A program made the position numbers and the translations under genes. Positions 19,428 to 28,596 of a DNA stretch of 64,000 bases are shown here, piece by piece. Location of the stretch: the NCBI RefSeq assembly GCF_000006765.1, contig NC_002516.2. One strand, 5' to 3'. The first letter of the stretch is position 1. Each line of letters begins with the position of its first letter. The notes under the pieces were generated by a model that was given only the letters and a program-made list of their open reading frames with translations, had not been told where the DNA came from and ran no database searches. Source of the DNA: Pseudomonas aeruginosa PAO1. Its GTDB lineage: Bacteria; Pseudomonadota; Gammaproteobacteria; Pseudomonadales; Pseudomonadaceae.

Positions 19428-21011
19428 ATGACAGCCATCCTCGGACACAACTTCATCGGCGGCGCCCGCAGCGCGGCCGGCACGCTCTTCCTGCAAAGCC
19501 TCGACGCCGCCAGCGGTGAGGCGCTGCCGTACCGCTTCGTGCAAGCCACCCCGGAAGAAGTGGACGCCGCCGCCGAAGCCGCCGCCAGCGCCTACCCGCA
19601 CTACCGGCAACTGCCGGCCAGCCGCCGCGCGGAATTCCTCGATACCATCGCCGCCGAACTCGACGCGCTGGACGATGATTTCGTCGCCATCGTCTGCCGT
19701 GAAACCGCGCTACCGGCCACGCGCATCCAGGGCGAACGCAGCCGCACCAGCGGCCAGCTGCGCCTGTTCGCCGAAGTCCTGCGGCGCGGCGACTTCCATG
19801 GCGCGCGCATCGACCGCGCCCGGCCCGAACGCAAGCCGCTGCCACGCGTCGACCTGCGCCAGTGCCGGATCGGCCTCGGCCCGGTGGCGGTGTTCGGCGC
19901 GAGCAACTTCCCCCTGGCGTTCTCCACCGCCGGCGGCGATACCGCCGCGGCCCTGGCCGCCGGCTGCCCGGTGGTGTTCAAGGCGCACAGCGGACACATG
20001 GCCACCGCCGAACGGGTCGCCGCGGCGATCCTCCGCGCGGCCGAGCGCACCGGCATGCCGGCGGGCGTATTCAACATGATCTACGGCGGCGGAGTAGGGG
20101 AGCGGCTGGTACGCCACCCCGCGATCCAGGCGGTCGGCTTCACCGGTTCGCTGAAGGGTGGCCGCGCCCTCTGCGACATGGCGGCCGCCCGGGCGCAGCC
20201 GATCCCGGTGTTCGCCGAGATGAGCAGCATCAACCCGGTGGTGCTGCTGCCGGCGGCGCTGAAGAAGCGCGGCGAGGCCGTGGCCGACGAACTGAGTGCC
20301 TCGGTGGTGCTCGGCTGCGGCCAGTTCTGTACCAATCCCGGGCTGGTCATCGGCATCCGCTCTGCGCAATTCTCGGCGTTCCTCGAACGCTTCGCCGCCC
20401 GCATGGACGACCAGCCGGCGCAGACCATGCTCAACACCGGCACGCTGGCCAGCTATGAAAAAGGCCTGGCGGCGCTGCACGCCCACCCGCGCGTCCGCCA
20501 TCTCGCCGGGCAACCGCAGGAGGGCCGCCAGGCCCGGCCGCAACTGTTCCAGGCGGACGTCAGCCTGCTGCTGGAGGGCGACGAGTTGCTGCAGGAAGAA
20601 GTCTTCGGCCCGGCCAGCGTGGTCGTCGAGGTCGCCGACCACGCCGAACTGAAGCGCGCGCTGCATGGGCTGCACGGGCAGCTCACCGCGACCCTGATCG
20701 CCGAAGCGGAAGACCTGGCGTCCTTCGCCGACCTGGTACCGCTCCTGGAACAGAAGGCAGGACGCCTGCTGCTCAACGGCTACCCGACCGGCGTGGAAGT
20801 CTGCGACGCGATGGTCCACGGCGGCCCGTACCCGGCCACTTCGGACGCCCGCGGCACCTCGGTGGGCACCCTGGCCATCGACCGTTTCCTGCGCCCGGTG
20901 TGCTACCAGAACTACCCGGACGCGTGGCTGCCGGAAGCGCTGAAGGATGGCAACCCATTGGGGATTGCGCGGTTGGTGGACGGGATCGTGACGCGGGCGG
21001 CGGTTGCTTGA
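19428..21011 (+). CDS. Alpha-ketoglutarate semialdehyde dehydrogenase (NADP+)
   Basis: FGASNFPLAFSTAGGDTA, GFTGS, EMSSINP, GQFCTNPG, EEVFGP motifs. Confidence 0.9.
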   Translation: MTAILGHNFIGGARSAAGTLFLQSLDAASGEALPYRFVQATPEEVDAAAEAAASAYPHYRQLPASRRAEFLDTIAAELDALDDDFVAIVCRETALPATRIQGERSRTSGQLRLFAEVLRRGDFHGARIDRARPERKPLPRVDLRQCRIGLGPVAVFGASNFPLAFSTAGGDTAAALAAGCPVVFKAHSGHMATAERVAAAILRAAERTGMPAGVFNMIYGGGVGERLVRHPAIQAVGFTGSLKGGRALCDMAAARAQPIPVFAEMSSINPVVLLPAALKKRGEAVADELSASVVLGCGQFCTNPGLVIGIRSAQFSAFLERFAARMDDQPAQTMLNTGTLASYEKGLAALHAHPRVRHLAGQPQEGRQARPQLFQADVSLLLEGDELLQEEVFGPASVVVEVADHAELKRALHGLHGQLTATLIAEAEDLASFADLVPLLEQKAGRLLLNGYPTGVEVCDAMVHGGPYPATSDARGTSVGTLAIDRFLRPVCYQNYPDAWLPEALKDGNPLGIARLVDGIVTRAAVA

Positions 21012-21149
21012 AAGGGGTGCCAGGGAGGGGCGAGGTCTCGAGCGGAGCGGGACCTCGCTGGCGCGGAAAAAGCCGGAGAGGTGCGCGGCAGGACGCGGGG
21101 GAGCGGGCCGAATCAATCTCCCGGCGCTGTTGCCCTGGCGTGCACGACG

Positions 21150-22253
21150 CTACAGATGCTCGTCGAAGAATCCGGCAATCCGATCGAAAGGAATCCTGTC
21201 CAGCCGGTCGTACAGGTCGACATGACTGGCTCCCGGAACGATCAGCAGCTCCTTTGGCTCTGCGGCAGCGGCGTAGGCGGTCTCGCTGAAGTAGCGTGAA
21301 TGGGCCCTTTCGCCGTGGATTAACAGGATCGGGCGTGGCGAGATCTCCTTGATGTAGGTGAGGATCGGCATGTTCATGAACGACAGCGGCGTGGTCATCG
21401 TCCAGGCGTTACCGGAGTTGACTGCCCGCGGGTGGTAGCCACGGGGTGTCATGTAGTAGTCGTGGTAGTCGACGAGGAACTGTGCCTCACCACCCTTCAG
21501 TTCGTTGTAGGGCGGCTGATAGGCGGGGGTACCGCTTTCCGCGTCCTTCCAGCGCTGCTGGCCCAGTTGTTCCAGCGTTCGCGTGCGCTGTTCGAGGGTC
21601 ACGCTGTCGTTGTAGCCCTTGGACATGACCCGCGTCATGTCGTACATGGTGCTGGTCACCACCGCCTTGACGCGCTTGTCCACGGCCACCGCGTTCAGCG
21701 CCATGCCACCCCAGCCGCAGATGCCGATGACGCCGATGCGCTCGCGATTCACTTCCGGCAACAAACTGATGAAATCCACTGCCGCGCTGAAGTCTTCGGT
21801 ATTGATATCCGGCGAAGCGACGTTGCGTGGCTGACCGCCGCTCTCACCGGTATACGATGGGTCGAACGCCAGCGTGACGAATCCGCGTTCGGCCATGGTT
21901 TGCGCATACAGTCCGGAGGACTGCTCCTTGACCGCGCCGAACGGACCGCCGATCACGATTGCCGGCAGCCGATCGCCGCCACGGTTCTTCGGCAGGTACA
22001 GGTCAGCTGCCAGGGTGATGCCGTAGCGATTGGCGAAGGTGACCTTGCGATGTTCGACCTTTGCGCTCAGGGGAAAGGTCTTGTCCCACTCCTGGGTCAA
22101 TTGCAGCTGCATGTTGGTTCCTCCGGTGTTTGACGAAGTCGTTGCCGCCGGACTGGTCTGGCAGCCGACGAGAGCCATCAGCGCACCGGCAAGGACTGCG
22201 CCCCTCAGGGCACCCTTGCGAGAGCGAGCTCGATTGCTGTGCTTGGTTTCCAT
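21150..22253 (-). CDS. Exported alpha/beta hydrolase (YcjY-like; PA2218-like), probable lipoprotein
   Basis: Lipobox LVGC; GGPFGAVKEQ, FDPSYTGESGG, GICGWGG nucleophile elbow, HVDLYD. Alternative start at 22265. Confidence 0.85.
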   Translation of the reverse strand: METKHSNRARSRKGALRGAVLAGALMALVGCQTSPAATTSSNTGGTNMQLQLTQEWDKTFPLSAKVEHRKVTFANRYGITLAADLYLPKNRGGDRLPAIVIGGPFGAVKEQSSGLYAQTMAERGFVTLAFDPSYTGESGGQPRNVASPDINTEDFSAAVDFISLLPEVNRERIGVIGICGWGGMALNAVAVDKRVKAVVTSTMYDMTRVMSKGYNDSVTLEQRTRTLEQLGQQRWKDAESGTPAYQPPYNELKGGEAQFLVDYHDYYMTPRGYHPRAVNSGNAWTMTTPLSFMNMPILTYIKEISPRPILLIHGERAHSRYFSETAYAAAAEPKELLIVPGASHVDLYDRLDRIPFDRIAGFFDEHL

Positions 22254-22346
22254 GGCGTTCTCCATCGATCAGATCGACGTGGTGGGATTCGGCTCGACGA
22301 CCTGGCCTGCGGCGCGAGGCAAGTCGCGTCCGGGCGTTCCCGGGGT

Positions 22347-23555
22347 CTAGCCGGCCGGGGCTTTCGAGCGTGCGGTGAGGATGGTCAGGAAGGCTGCGAT
22401 CAGCAGCATCGCGGCGCTGGCGAAGAAGGTCGCCTGATAGCCAGTGCGATCGAACAGCAGACCACCCAATGTGGAGCCCAGGGCAATGGAGAGTTGCACC
22501 ACGGCGACGAACAGGCCGCCACCGGCTTCGGCGTCCTCTGGGAACACCCTGGCGATCCAGGCCCACCAACCGACGGGGGCCGAGGTACCGGTCAGTCCCC
22601 ACAATCCGAGCAGGACGACAACGATGGCGGGCCAGCCGCCAAGGACCGTCAGTACCAGGGCGATCAGGGCCATCAGCAACGGGATGGCGACCAGTGTCTG
22701 GAAGAAGCGCCGTTGCAGAACCCGGTCGATCAGCAGGGTGCCGATAAAGCCCGCTGCACCGATCACCAGCAGTACCAGCGAAACATGCGCGCCATGTACG
22801 CCGGTGACCGTCTCCAGGAATGGTCGCACATAGGTGAACAGGGAAAACTGGCCCATGAAGAACAGGCTGCTGGCGAGCATGCCGAGCATCACACCGGGAC
22901 GCTTGAGCAGAGCGAATACCGTGAACACATTGCCCGGGCCGGGAGCACGCGCGCCGGCCCGCATGGAGGGCAGGGTGGTCCATTGCCAGGCCAGTGCCAC
23001 CAGGGCTACCGGCACAAGGCAGAGAAAAGCCCCTCGCCAGCCGATGAGGGTGCCTAGCCAGGCGCCCAGCGGCGCGGCCACCACTGTCGCCAGAGCGTTG
23101 CCGCCATTGACGAGGGCCAGGGCTCGCGGCACGTCGTTGGCAGGCACCAGGCGCATGGCCGTGGCTGCCGACATCGACCAGAAGCCGCCGATCACTATGC
23201 CGATCAGCGCCCGGCCCAGCATGTAGACGAAATAGTTTGGCGCGAGCGCGACGATTGCGCCGGACATGCCCATTGCCGCCGTCAGTCCCAGCAACAGCGT
23301 CTTGCGGTTCAGGCTGCCGGCAACGGATGAAATGAACAGGCTGGTTAAAACGGCGAAGGCGCCGGAGATGGCGATGCCCTGGCCTGCCATGCCCTCGGTA
23401 GTTCCCAGGTCGTTGGCGATGGGAGTCAGCAGGCTGACCGGCAGGAACTCCGACGCGACCAGTGCGAAGGCGCAAACCGCAATGGCCAGGACGCCACTCC
23501 AGGAGCCCGATTGTTCAGGGTTTTCGTTGGCGGTATCGAGTGCGCGGGTTGTCAT
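22347..23555 (-). CDS. opdE: MFS transporter (DHA1/NepI-like), OpdE
   Basis: SEFLPVSLLTPIA and GGFWSMSAATAMRLVP motifs; position matches PA2219. Confidence 0.85.
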   Translation of the reverse strand: MTTRALDTANENPEQSGSWSGVLAIAVCAFALVASEFLPVSLLTPIANDLGTTEGMAGQGIAISGAFAVLTSLFISSVAGSLNRKTLLLGLTAAMGMSGAIVALAPNYFVYMLGRALIGIVIGGFWSMSAATAMRLVPANDVPRALALVNGGNALATVVAAPLGAWLGTLIGWRGAFLCLVPVALVALAWQWTTLPSMRAGARAPGPGNVFTVFALLKRPGVMLGMLASSLFFMGQFSLFTYVRPFLETVTGVHGAHVSLVLLVIGAAGFIGTLLIDRVLQRRFFQTLVAIPLLMALIALVLTVLGGWPAIVVVLLGLWGLTGTSAPVGWWAWIARVFPEDAEAGGGLFVAVVQLSIALGSTLGGLLFDRTGYQATFFASAAMLLIAAFLTILTARSKAPAG

Positions 23556-23770
23556 GAAAAAACCGGCTTATCCAAAGAGTGAAAAGAAGAGATCAGCTCC
23601 GCTGGTGACAAACGCCTGGGCTGAGTCGGCAGGGAAGGGAAGTCAGGGTGCGGTAGGCGGAGATGATTGTTGCAAATGAATATTCGGGTATGCGGCGGCC
23701 TGTTACTAGCTAAACAATTCTTAATGGGTATATAAGCTCTACTAATTAATGGTCCGTGGAAGAATTGGCC

Positions 23771-24691
23771 ATGATCAAACGTAACCTCAACGACCTCCTG
23801 TCCTTCGTTGCCGTCGCCCGCGAGGGCACCTTCACCCGTGCCGCCGCCCAACTGGGCGTGACGCAGTCGGCATTGAGCCAGTCGATAAGCGGCCTGGAGG
23901 CGCGCCTGCAGATCCGCTTACTCACCCGCACCACCCGCAGCGTTTCGCCCACGGCGGCAGGGGAGCGCCTGTTGAATGCCATCGGCAATCGCTTCGACGA
24001 GATCGAGGCGGAACTGGACGAGCTGTCGGCGCTGCGCGACAAACCAAGTGGCACGGTTCGCATTACCTGTGGCGATCACATCCAGCGAACCCTGTTGCTA
24101 CCCAGGCTCACCCCGTTGCTGCTGGAATATCCAGACATCAAGGTGGAGTTCGACATCAACTATGGCTTTCGGGACATCGTGGCCGACCGGTTCGATGCCG
24201 GCGTACGCCTGGGCGACACCATAGACAAGGACATGATCGCCGTGCCGATTGGGCCGCCAGTGCGCATGGCGGTCGTCGCGGCCCCGGCCTACTTTGCGGC
24301 ACATCCGAAGCCCAGGAGTCCTCGCGATCTGGTCGACCACAACTGCATCAACATGCGCATGCAGTCCGGCGGCGGCCTGTATGCCTGGGATTTTCAGCGG
24401 AAAGATCGACACGTGAACGTCCGTGTCGATGGACAGCTCATTTTCAACACCTCGCCGAATATCGTGGATGCCGCGCTGGCGGGGCTGGGAATCGCCTGGC
24501 TCCCCGAAGAGGAATTCGCTCCGCATATCGAGGAGGGCCGGTTGCTGCGAGTGCTGGAAAACTGGTGCCCACTGTTCCCTGGCTACTACCTGTACTACCC
24601 GAACCGTCGGCAACCATCGCCGGCTTTCAGCCTGGTCGTGGATGCGCTGCGTTACACCAGGCCCAGGGGAACGACCATAGGCGGCGGGTAG
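23771..24691 (+). CDS. LysR-type regulator (CrgA/PtxR-like), divergent from opdE
   Basis: FTRAAAQLGVTQSALSQ, LLTRTTRSVSPT, FDAGVRLG motifs. Start 23771 (alternative 23756). Confidence 0.92.
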   Translation: MIKRNLNDLLSFVAVAREGTFTRAAAQLGVTQSALSQSISGLEARLQIRLLTRTTRSVSPTAAGERLLNAIGNRFDEIEAELDELSALRDKPSGTVRITCGDHIQRTLLLPRLTPLLLEYPDIKVEFDINYGFRDIVADRFDAGVRLGDTIDKDMIAVPIGPPVRMAVVAAPAYFAAHPKPRSPRDLVDHNCINMRMQSGGGLYAWDFQRKDRHVNVRVDGQLIFNTSPNIVDAALAGLGIAWLPEEEFAPHIEEGRLLRVLENWCPLFPGYYLYYPNRRQPSPAFSLVVDALRYTRPRGTTIGGG

Positions 24692-25067
24692 CGGGCATGC
24701 AGGGACTCGGTCGCCGGCCACTCATCACGGGGTGGACGATCTGTGAAAACGGCGACAATCGCCAGAGATGCGACGTTTGACCATCCAGCCTCAGGCACCT
24801 GCTGTTTTTCGGACACAGGTTCAGGCCAGCTCACAGACACGCGACGCATACGCATGGTGGGAAGAAATGTTCGAGGGCGAGGACCTCCTGGCCAACCTGG
24901 GCCGGAGGTTGTCGTCGGAGCGCGAGAACGAAACATCCTTGCGAGCGATGTCGAGGAACCCGGCGACAACGGCGCCGGGTTATTAACTATCAGTGTCGGG
25001 CAAGAGGGCGAGATTCGAGCCGAAAGCTCAATCGCAAAGGATGTGAGTTCCACCTAGGTCATATTTA

Positions 25068-25095
25068 ATTTAACATAATATACATTATGCGAATC
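25068..25095 (-). other. dif: Chromosomal dif site (XerCD recombination site)
   Basis: Minus strand reads GATTCGCATAA-TGTATA-TTATGTTAAAT. XerD arm and spacer are identical to E. coli dif (GGTGCGCATAA TGTATA TTATGTTAAAT); XerC arm differs at 2 positions. Confidence 0.95.
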
Positions 25096-25100
25096 CATGG

Positions 25101-26400
25101 TGTTACGGCCAAATAGTAATGGCGTCTAGGGTTTCCCTCCTGCATCACAGGAGGCACGCCATGACTGCGGCAACTTGCGGATGGGTCACCATGAGCATGC
25201 GGGAGCTGGATCGCCTCAAGGTCATCGAGGCAATCATCGAGGGTCGGTTGAAACCTGCCGCTGCGGCGCAGCGTCTGCGCCTGACGACACGTCAGGTGCA
25301 CCGGCTGGTTCTGCGTTATCGCGAGGACGGCCCAGCCGGCCTAACATCTCGTCGACGTGGTCAGCCGAGTAACCGGCAGTTGTCGCCAGGTCTGGAGAAT
25401 CCCGCCATTAGCTTGATTCGACGGAACTATAGCGACTTTGGTCCAACTCTGGCCCAGGAAAAACTGGTCGAGTGCCACGGCCTTAAGCTGGCCAAAGAAA
25501 CGGTACGACGGATCATGGTTGATGCCGGCATGTGGGTACCGCGCAAGCAACGGCCGCCCAAGGTCTATCAGCCACGCAACCGGCGCGCCTGTTGCGGCGA
25601 ACTGATCCAGATCGATGATGGAAAGCCGCTGGCCTTCTACAGCGACAAAGCCAGCGTGTTCCGCAGTAACCACAAGGCGCCTCAGGGCGGCGACGGCTAT
25701 ACCCAGTTCGGCCGAGCGATGTACGAGTTGAACATCGAGAGCTGCGCCAACAGCAGCCAGGCCAAAGGTCGTGTGGAGCGTGCGAACCTCACTCTGCAGG
25801 ATCGCCTGGTCAAGGAGCTGCGGCTTCGCGGAATCAGCAACATGGCCGACGCCAATGCCTTTGCAGCCCACTTTATGGCCAGCTACAACGCGCGTTTTGC
25901 CAAGCCGCCGCGCTCTGAGCATGACTGCCATCGCCCGCTGCACAGTGATGAAGATTTGGAGCTGATCTTCGCCTGGCGAGAAGCGCGGCGGGTTTCGCAG
26001 CGGTTGACCGTGCAGTACGACAAGGTGCTGTATCTGCTAGCGGACACTCCGCAGTCCCGTCGCCTGGCGGGTGATCACGTCGATGATCTACCACTACCCG
26101 AATGGCCGCATCGAGCCCAGGGTGGACGGCACCGCCCTCCCCTTTACCACCTACGACAAACTCTGCGAGATAGACCAGGGTGCCATCGTCGAGAACAAGC
26201 GCTTGGGTCATGTGCTGCAAGTCGCCCAGCTCGTCCAAGCGCAGCGCGACAATCGGCGCTCGCAATCGGTACCGGGAAATCCGCGGCAGTCAACGCAAGG
26301 CAAGATGCTGTCGAAGAAGGCGCAGCGAGAACTGATGCCGGAAGATATCGCCGCTGCCCTGGATAACACGCCACCATCGAGGCGAAGTCGCCATGCGTGA
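25101..26400 (+). mobile_element. Degenerate IS1202-family (formerly ISNCY) insertion sequence abutting dif
   Basis: Starts TGTTACGGCCAAATAGTAATG 5 bp after the XerC arm and carries a transposase pseudogene. No right IR was found by eye. Confidence 0.75.
25161..26400 (+). pseudogene. IS1202/ISNCY DDE transposase pseudogene
   Basis: MSMRELDRLKVI, GELIQID, YSDK, ANSSQAKGRVER, QYDK motifs. IQIDD is joined directly to GKPLAFYSDK (internal deletion near 25618). A frameshift near 26075 continues as YHYPNGRIE...DQGAIVENKRL. Confidence 0.85.
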
Positions 26401-26631
26401 GTCAGCGCCGAGGCACTGAAGATACTAGTGGTTGCCGGAGCTGCGCGGGACTTACGTGCTATTCCTGCGCCTTCCGGCCACGGTTGGCAGCTCCAAGTGC
26501 GCTACAGTCCCGACGGTCAATATTACCCGCTACGTTCTCGACGTGAACTTGTGCGCATATTTGGATCACTGGACTCGCTTAATCGGTACGCAAATCGTTT
26601 GGGCATCCACACGTATAGCGTGGAGTTATAA
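26401..26631 (+). pseudogene. Small plasmid/transposon-type protein, probably 5'-truncated
   Basis: Frame VSAEALKILVVAGAARDLRAI...WQLQVRY...LRSRRELVRIFGSLDSL..YANRLGI..YSVEL resembles ~80-aa mobile-element proteins. No ATG at its apparent N-terminus. Confidence 0.4.
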
Positions 26632-26885
26632 CTGTGACACGAATTTCCCCATGTGGGGAGTCGACAGGTTTCTAGAAAAATAGTTCGATAAGTGTAGCGA
26701 CTTTCGTTTGCAAACCGCTACAAATAGCGCTGCGGGCCAACCAGCTGAGCTTTTCCAACACCTGACAGTGTGGAATAACGCTTCTCCGAGTTCCGGAATT
26801 AAGGGCGATGGTATCCACATATTATTTAGCGGGCGTGATAATTTTTTATCTGGCCCTCTTTATCGAAGGAGAGGGCCAGATAACA

Positions 26886-27542
26886 CTAGATCGCTGCAAA
26901 ATAGGCCAGCAGCAAGGTTACTGCGGTCGTATAGCGGAGACCCGATTTGATCGTATTGAATACGTCGCTGAAGTTGGGAGCGTCCAGACGTAAACCAACA
27001 CCAGGTCCGACTAACGCTTTGATATCCTCAGGGAGCGTCATTGCCTGCCAAGTACCAGGAGTCAGTGTCCTCAGATTCACACCGTAGGAAACCAGTAGTC
27101 CGGATTCCTGCGAAATGCCTCCGGATGCATCCGTAGAGAAACCAACGTCGGTTGGATAGACGTTCGGACTGCCCTTGAAGCGGTCAAGATATCCACTGCC
27201 GAAACGGGCTTTTATTCGATCAAGATTCTGCGCCATGGAGGTGAGCAAAGGAAGTATCTCAACGTTGCAAACACGTTCCTTTTCATTAACCATCCTGAAA
27301 CCAATGGTTACGCCGTTGGCTATTTCCTGGGCAAGCAACGTCGAGTATTGCTGGTCCGCTTTGCTGATGTCTCCGCCCGGAATGAATTCCGGGTGTAGCC
27401 TCAGCGGAATGTCCCATGCCTCTATAGTCTGTGCTTCGGGGAAGACAAAGCCAGGATTGCATTGACGGGCAAAACCCTTATAGATATTAGCCAGGGATTG
27501 ACCAGGATTCTGGTAGATATTGATCTCGGCCATCGTCGCCAC
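26886..27542 (-). CDS. Hypothetical protein with hydrophobic C-terminal tail (PA2222-like)
   Basis: 218-aa ORF starting 2 bp after the muramidase stop, with AGAGG SD. No recognisable motif. Confidence 0.75.
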   Translation of the reverse strand: MATMAEINIYQNPGQSLANIYKGFARQCNPGFVFPEAQTIEAWDIPLRLHPEFIPGGDISKADQQYSTLLAQEIANGVTIGFRMVNEKERVCNVEILPLLTSMAQNLDRIKARFGSGYLDRFKGSPNVYPTDVGFSTDASGGISQESGLLVSYGVNLRTLTPGTWQAMTLPEDIKALVGPGVGLRLDAPNFSDVFNTIKSGLRYTTAVTLLLAYFAAI

Positions 27543-27544
27543 CT

Positions 27545-28564
27545 CTAGAGTCCCAGGGATCGTTGGAGATAGTCCGCGCGATTGTTCAATCGCCTGGCTA
27601 TGCCATCGCTCGGATCGGTACTGTTGGGAGTACCATTCCAGTTCCTCAACTCCCTAATGGCGGCTAGCCAGTCGCTCTGGGAAATAGCAGTCTCAAAGTT
27701 TGGGAACGAGGAATACTCACCATAGTGGTAATACAGGTCTGTCACTATGGTTTTGACCGCCGGAGGTAAGGTGCTCCACTGCTGGAACTTCACCTTCATC
27801 CGATCAGTGACCTTGATCATCTTGGCGGTAAAGAGGGACAGCCCGTCTTCATCTGTGAGTACCGGGATGAGTTGGGCTAATGCCTGGAAGGTCGCGGTGT
27901 TCGCTCCTTTCAAGCCGAGGGCGGGGCGAATTTTTTTGCGCGTGGATTCAGCAATGTTCAGAGCCTGAATGCCGGATTCATCGTGCTGGCCGACATCGAA
28001 GCCATAGCCAATCGTTACACCTGATTCACCGTTGGGGTCAGAGGTCGGAATAGTAGCTCTGTTGCCTCGCCCACCAGGTGGAAGCTCATGACGGGCGGTG
28101 AAATCGATATTAATACCCATTTCAATCAGATAGGAAATATTGGACTGGAGGCGGCTGACCTTATCGGCTTTGTCACCATCGATGCGGTCTTGGATAAAGG
28201 TATTGATCTGCTGGTTCAATTGCACCTGGAGGTCGCTCACCGAAATACTGTTGGCTCCTCCGGTTTCGGCGACCGTACGAATAGTGACCTCATGAACCTT
28301 GAAGTAGTCGTCGAAGACTAGAACGGGCCGCCCGGCAGTCTGGCTTATGACCTGCGTCAGTTGCCCCGTCAACCCACCTTGTGCTGAGTAGCTGGGGGAT
28401 GACAGCCAGTCGGTATAGAGGTCAGGAATTCCGTGAGTAATTCGGATAGGCTCTGGTTCCGCTGCGAGCAGAACACGCTGTGCCTCCTCTCGTTCTGGAT
28501 TTTCTAGGTAATTGTATAGCCGCTCCAGATTGCGCTGAAGGGTCTGATCCAATTCTCTATTCAC
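27545..28564 (-). CDS. Pesticin C-terminal (T4-lysozyme-like muramidase) domain protein (PA2223-like)
   Basis: IDFTARHE...IP...SGVTIGYGFDVGQ and LP...T...LYYHYG...FPNF.....W...IRELRNW...RR..RADYL match the pesticin muramidase pattern. No signal peptide. Confidence 0.8.
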   Translation of the reverse strand: MNRELDQTLQRNLERLYNYLENPEREEAQRVLLAAEPEPIRITHGIPDLYTDWLSSPSYSAQGGLTGQLTQVISQTAGRPVLVFDDYFKVHEVTIRTVAETGGANSISVSDLQVQLNQQINTFIQDRIDGDKADKVSRLQSNISYLIEMGINIDFTARHELPPGGRGNRATIPTSDPNGESGVTIGYGFDVGQHDESGIQALNIAESTRKKIRPALGLKGANTATFQALAQLIPVLTDEDGLSLFTAKMIKVTDRMKVKFQQWSTLPPAVKTIVTDLYYHYGEYSSFPNFETAISQSDWLAAIRELRNWNGTPNSTDPSDGIARRLNNRADYLQRSLGL

Positions 28565-28596
28565 CTTAGTCTCCTCTGCTTAGTGAAGCCAATTTG

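Noticed and set aside
24768-24986. 72-aa ORF and overlapping short ORFs between the LysR and dif
   Set aside because: No motif I can recognise and no clear SD; may be a gene relic but cannot be supported without BLASTx.
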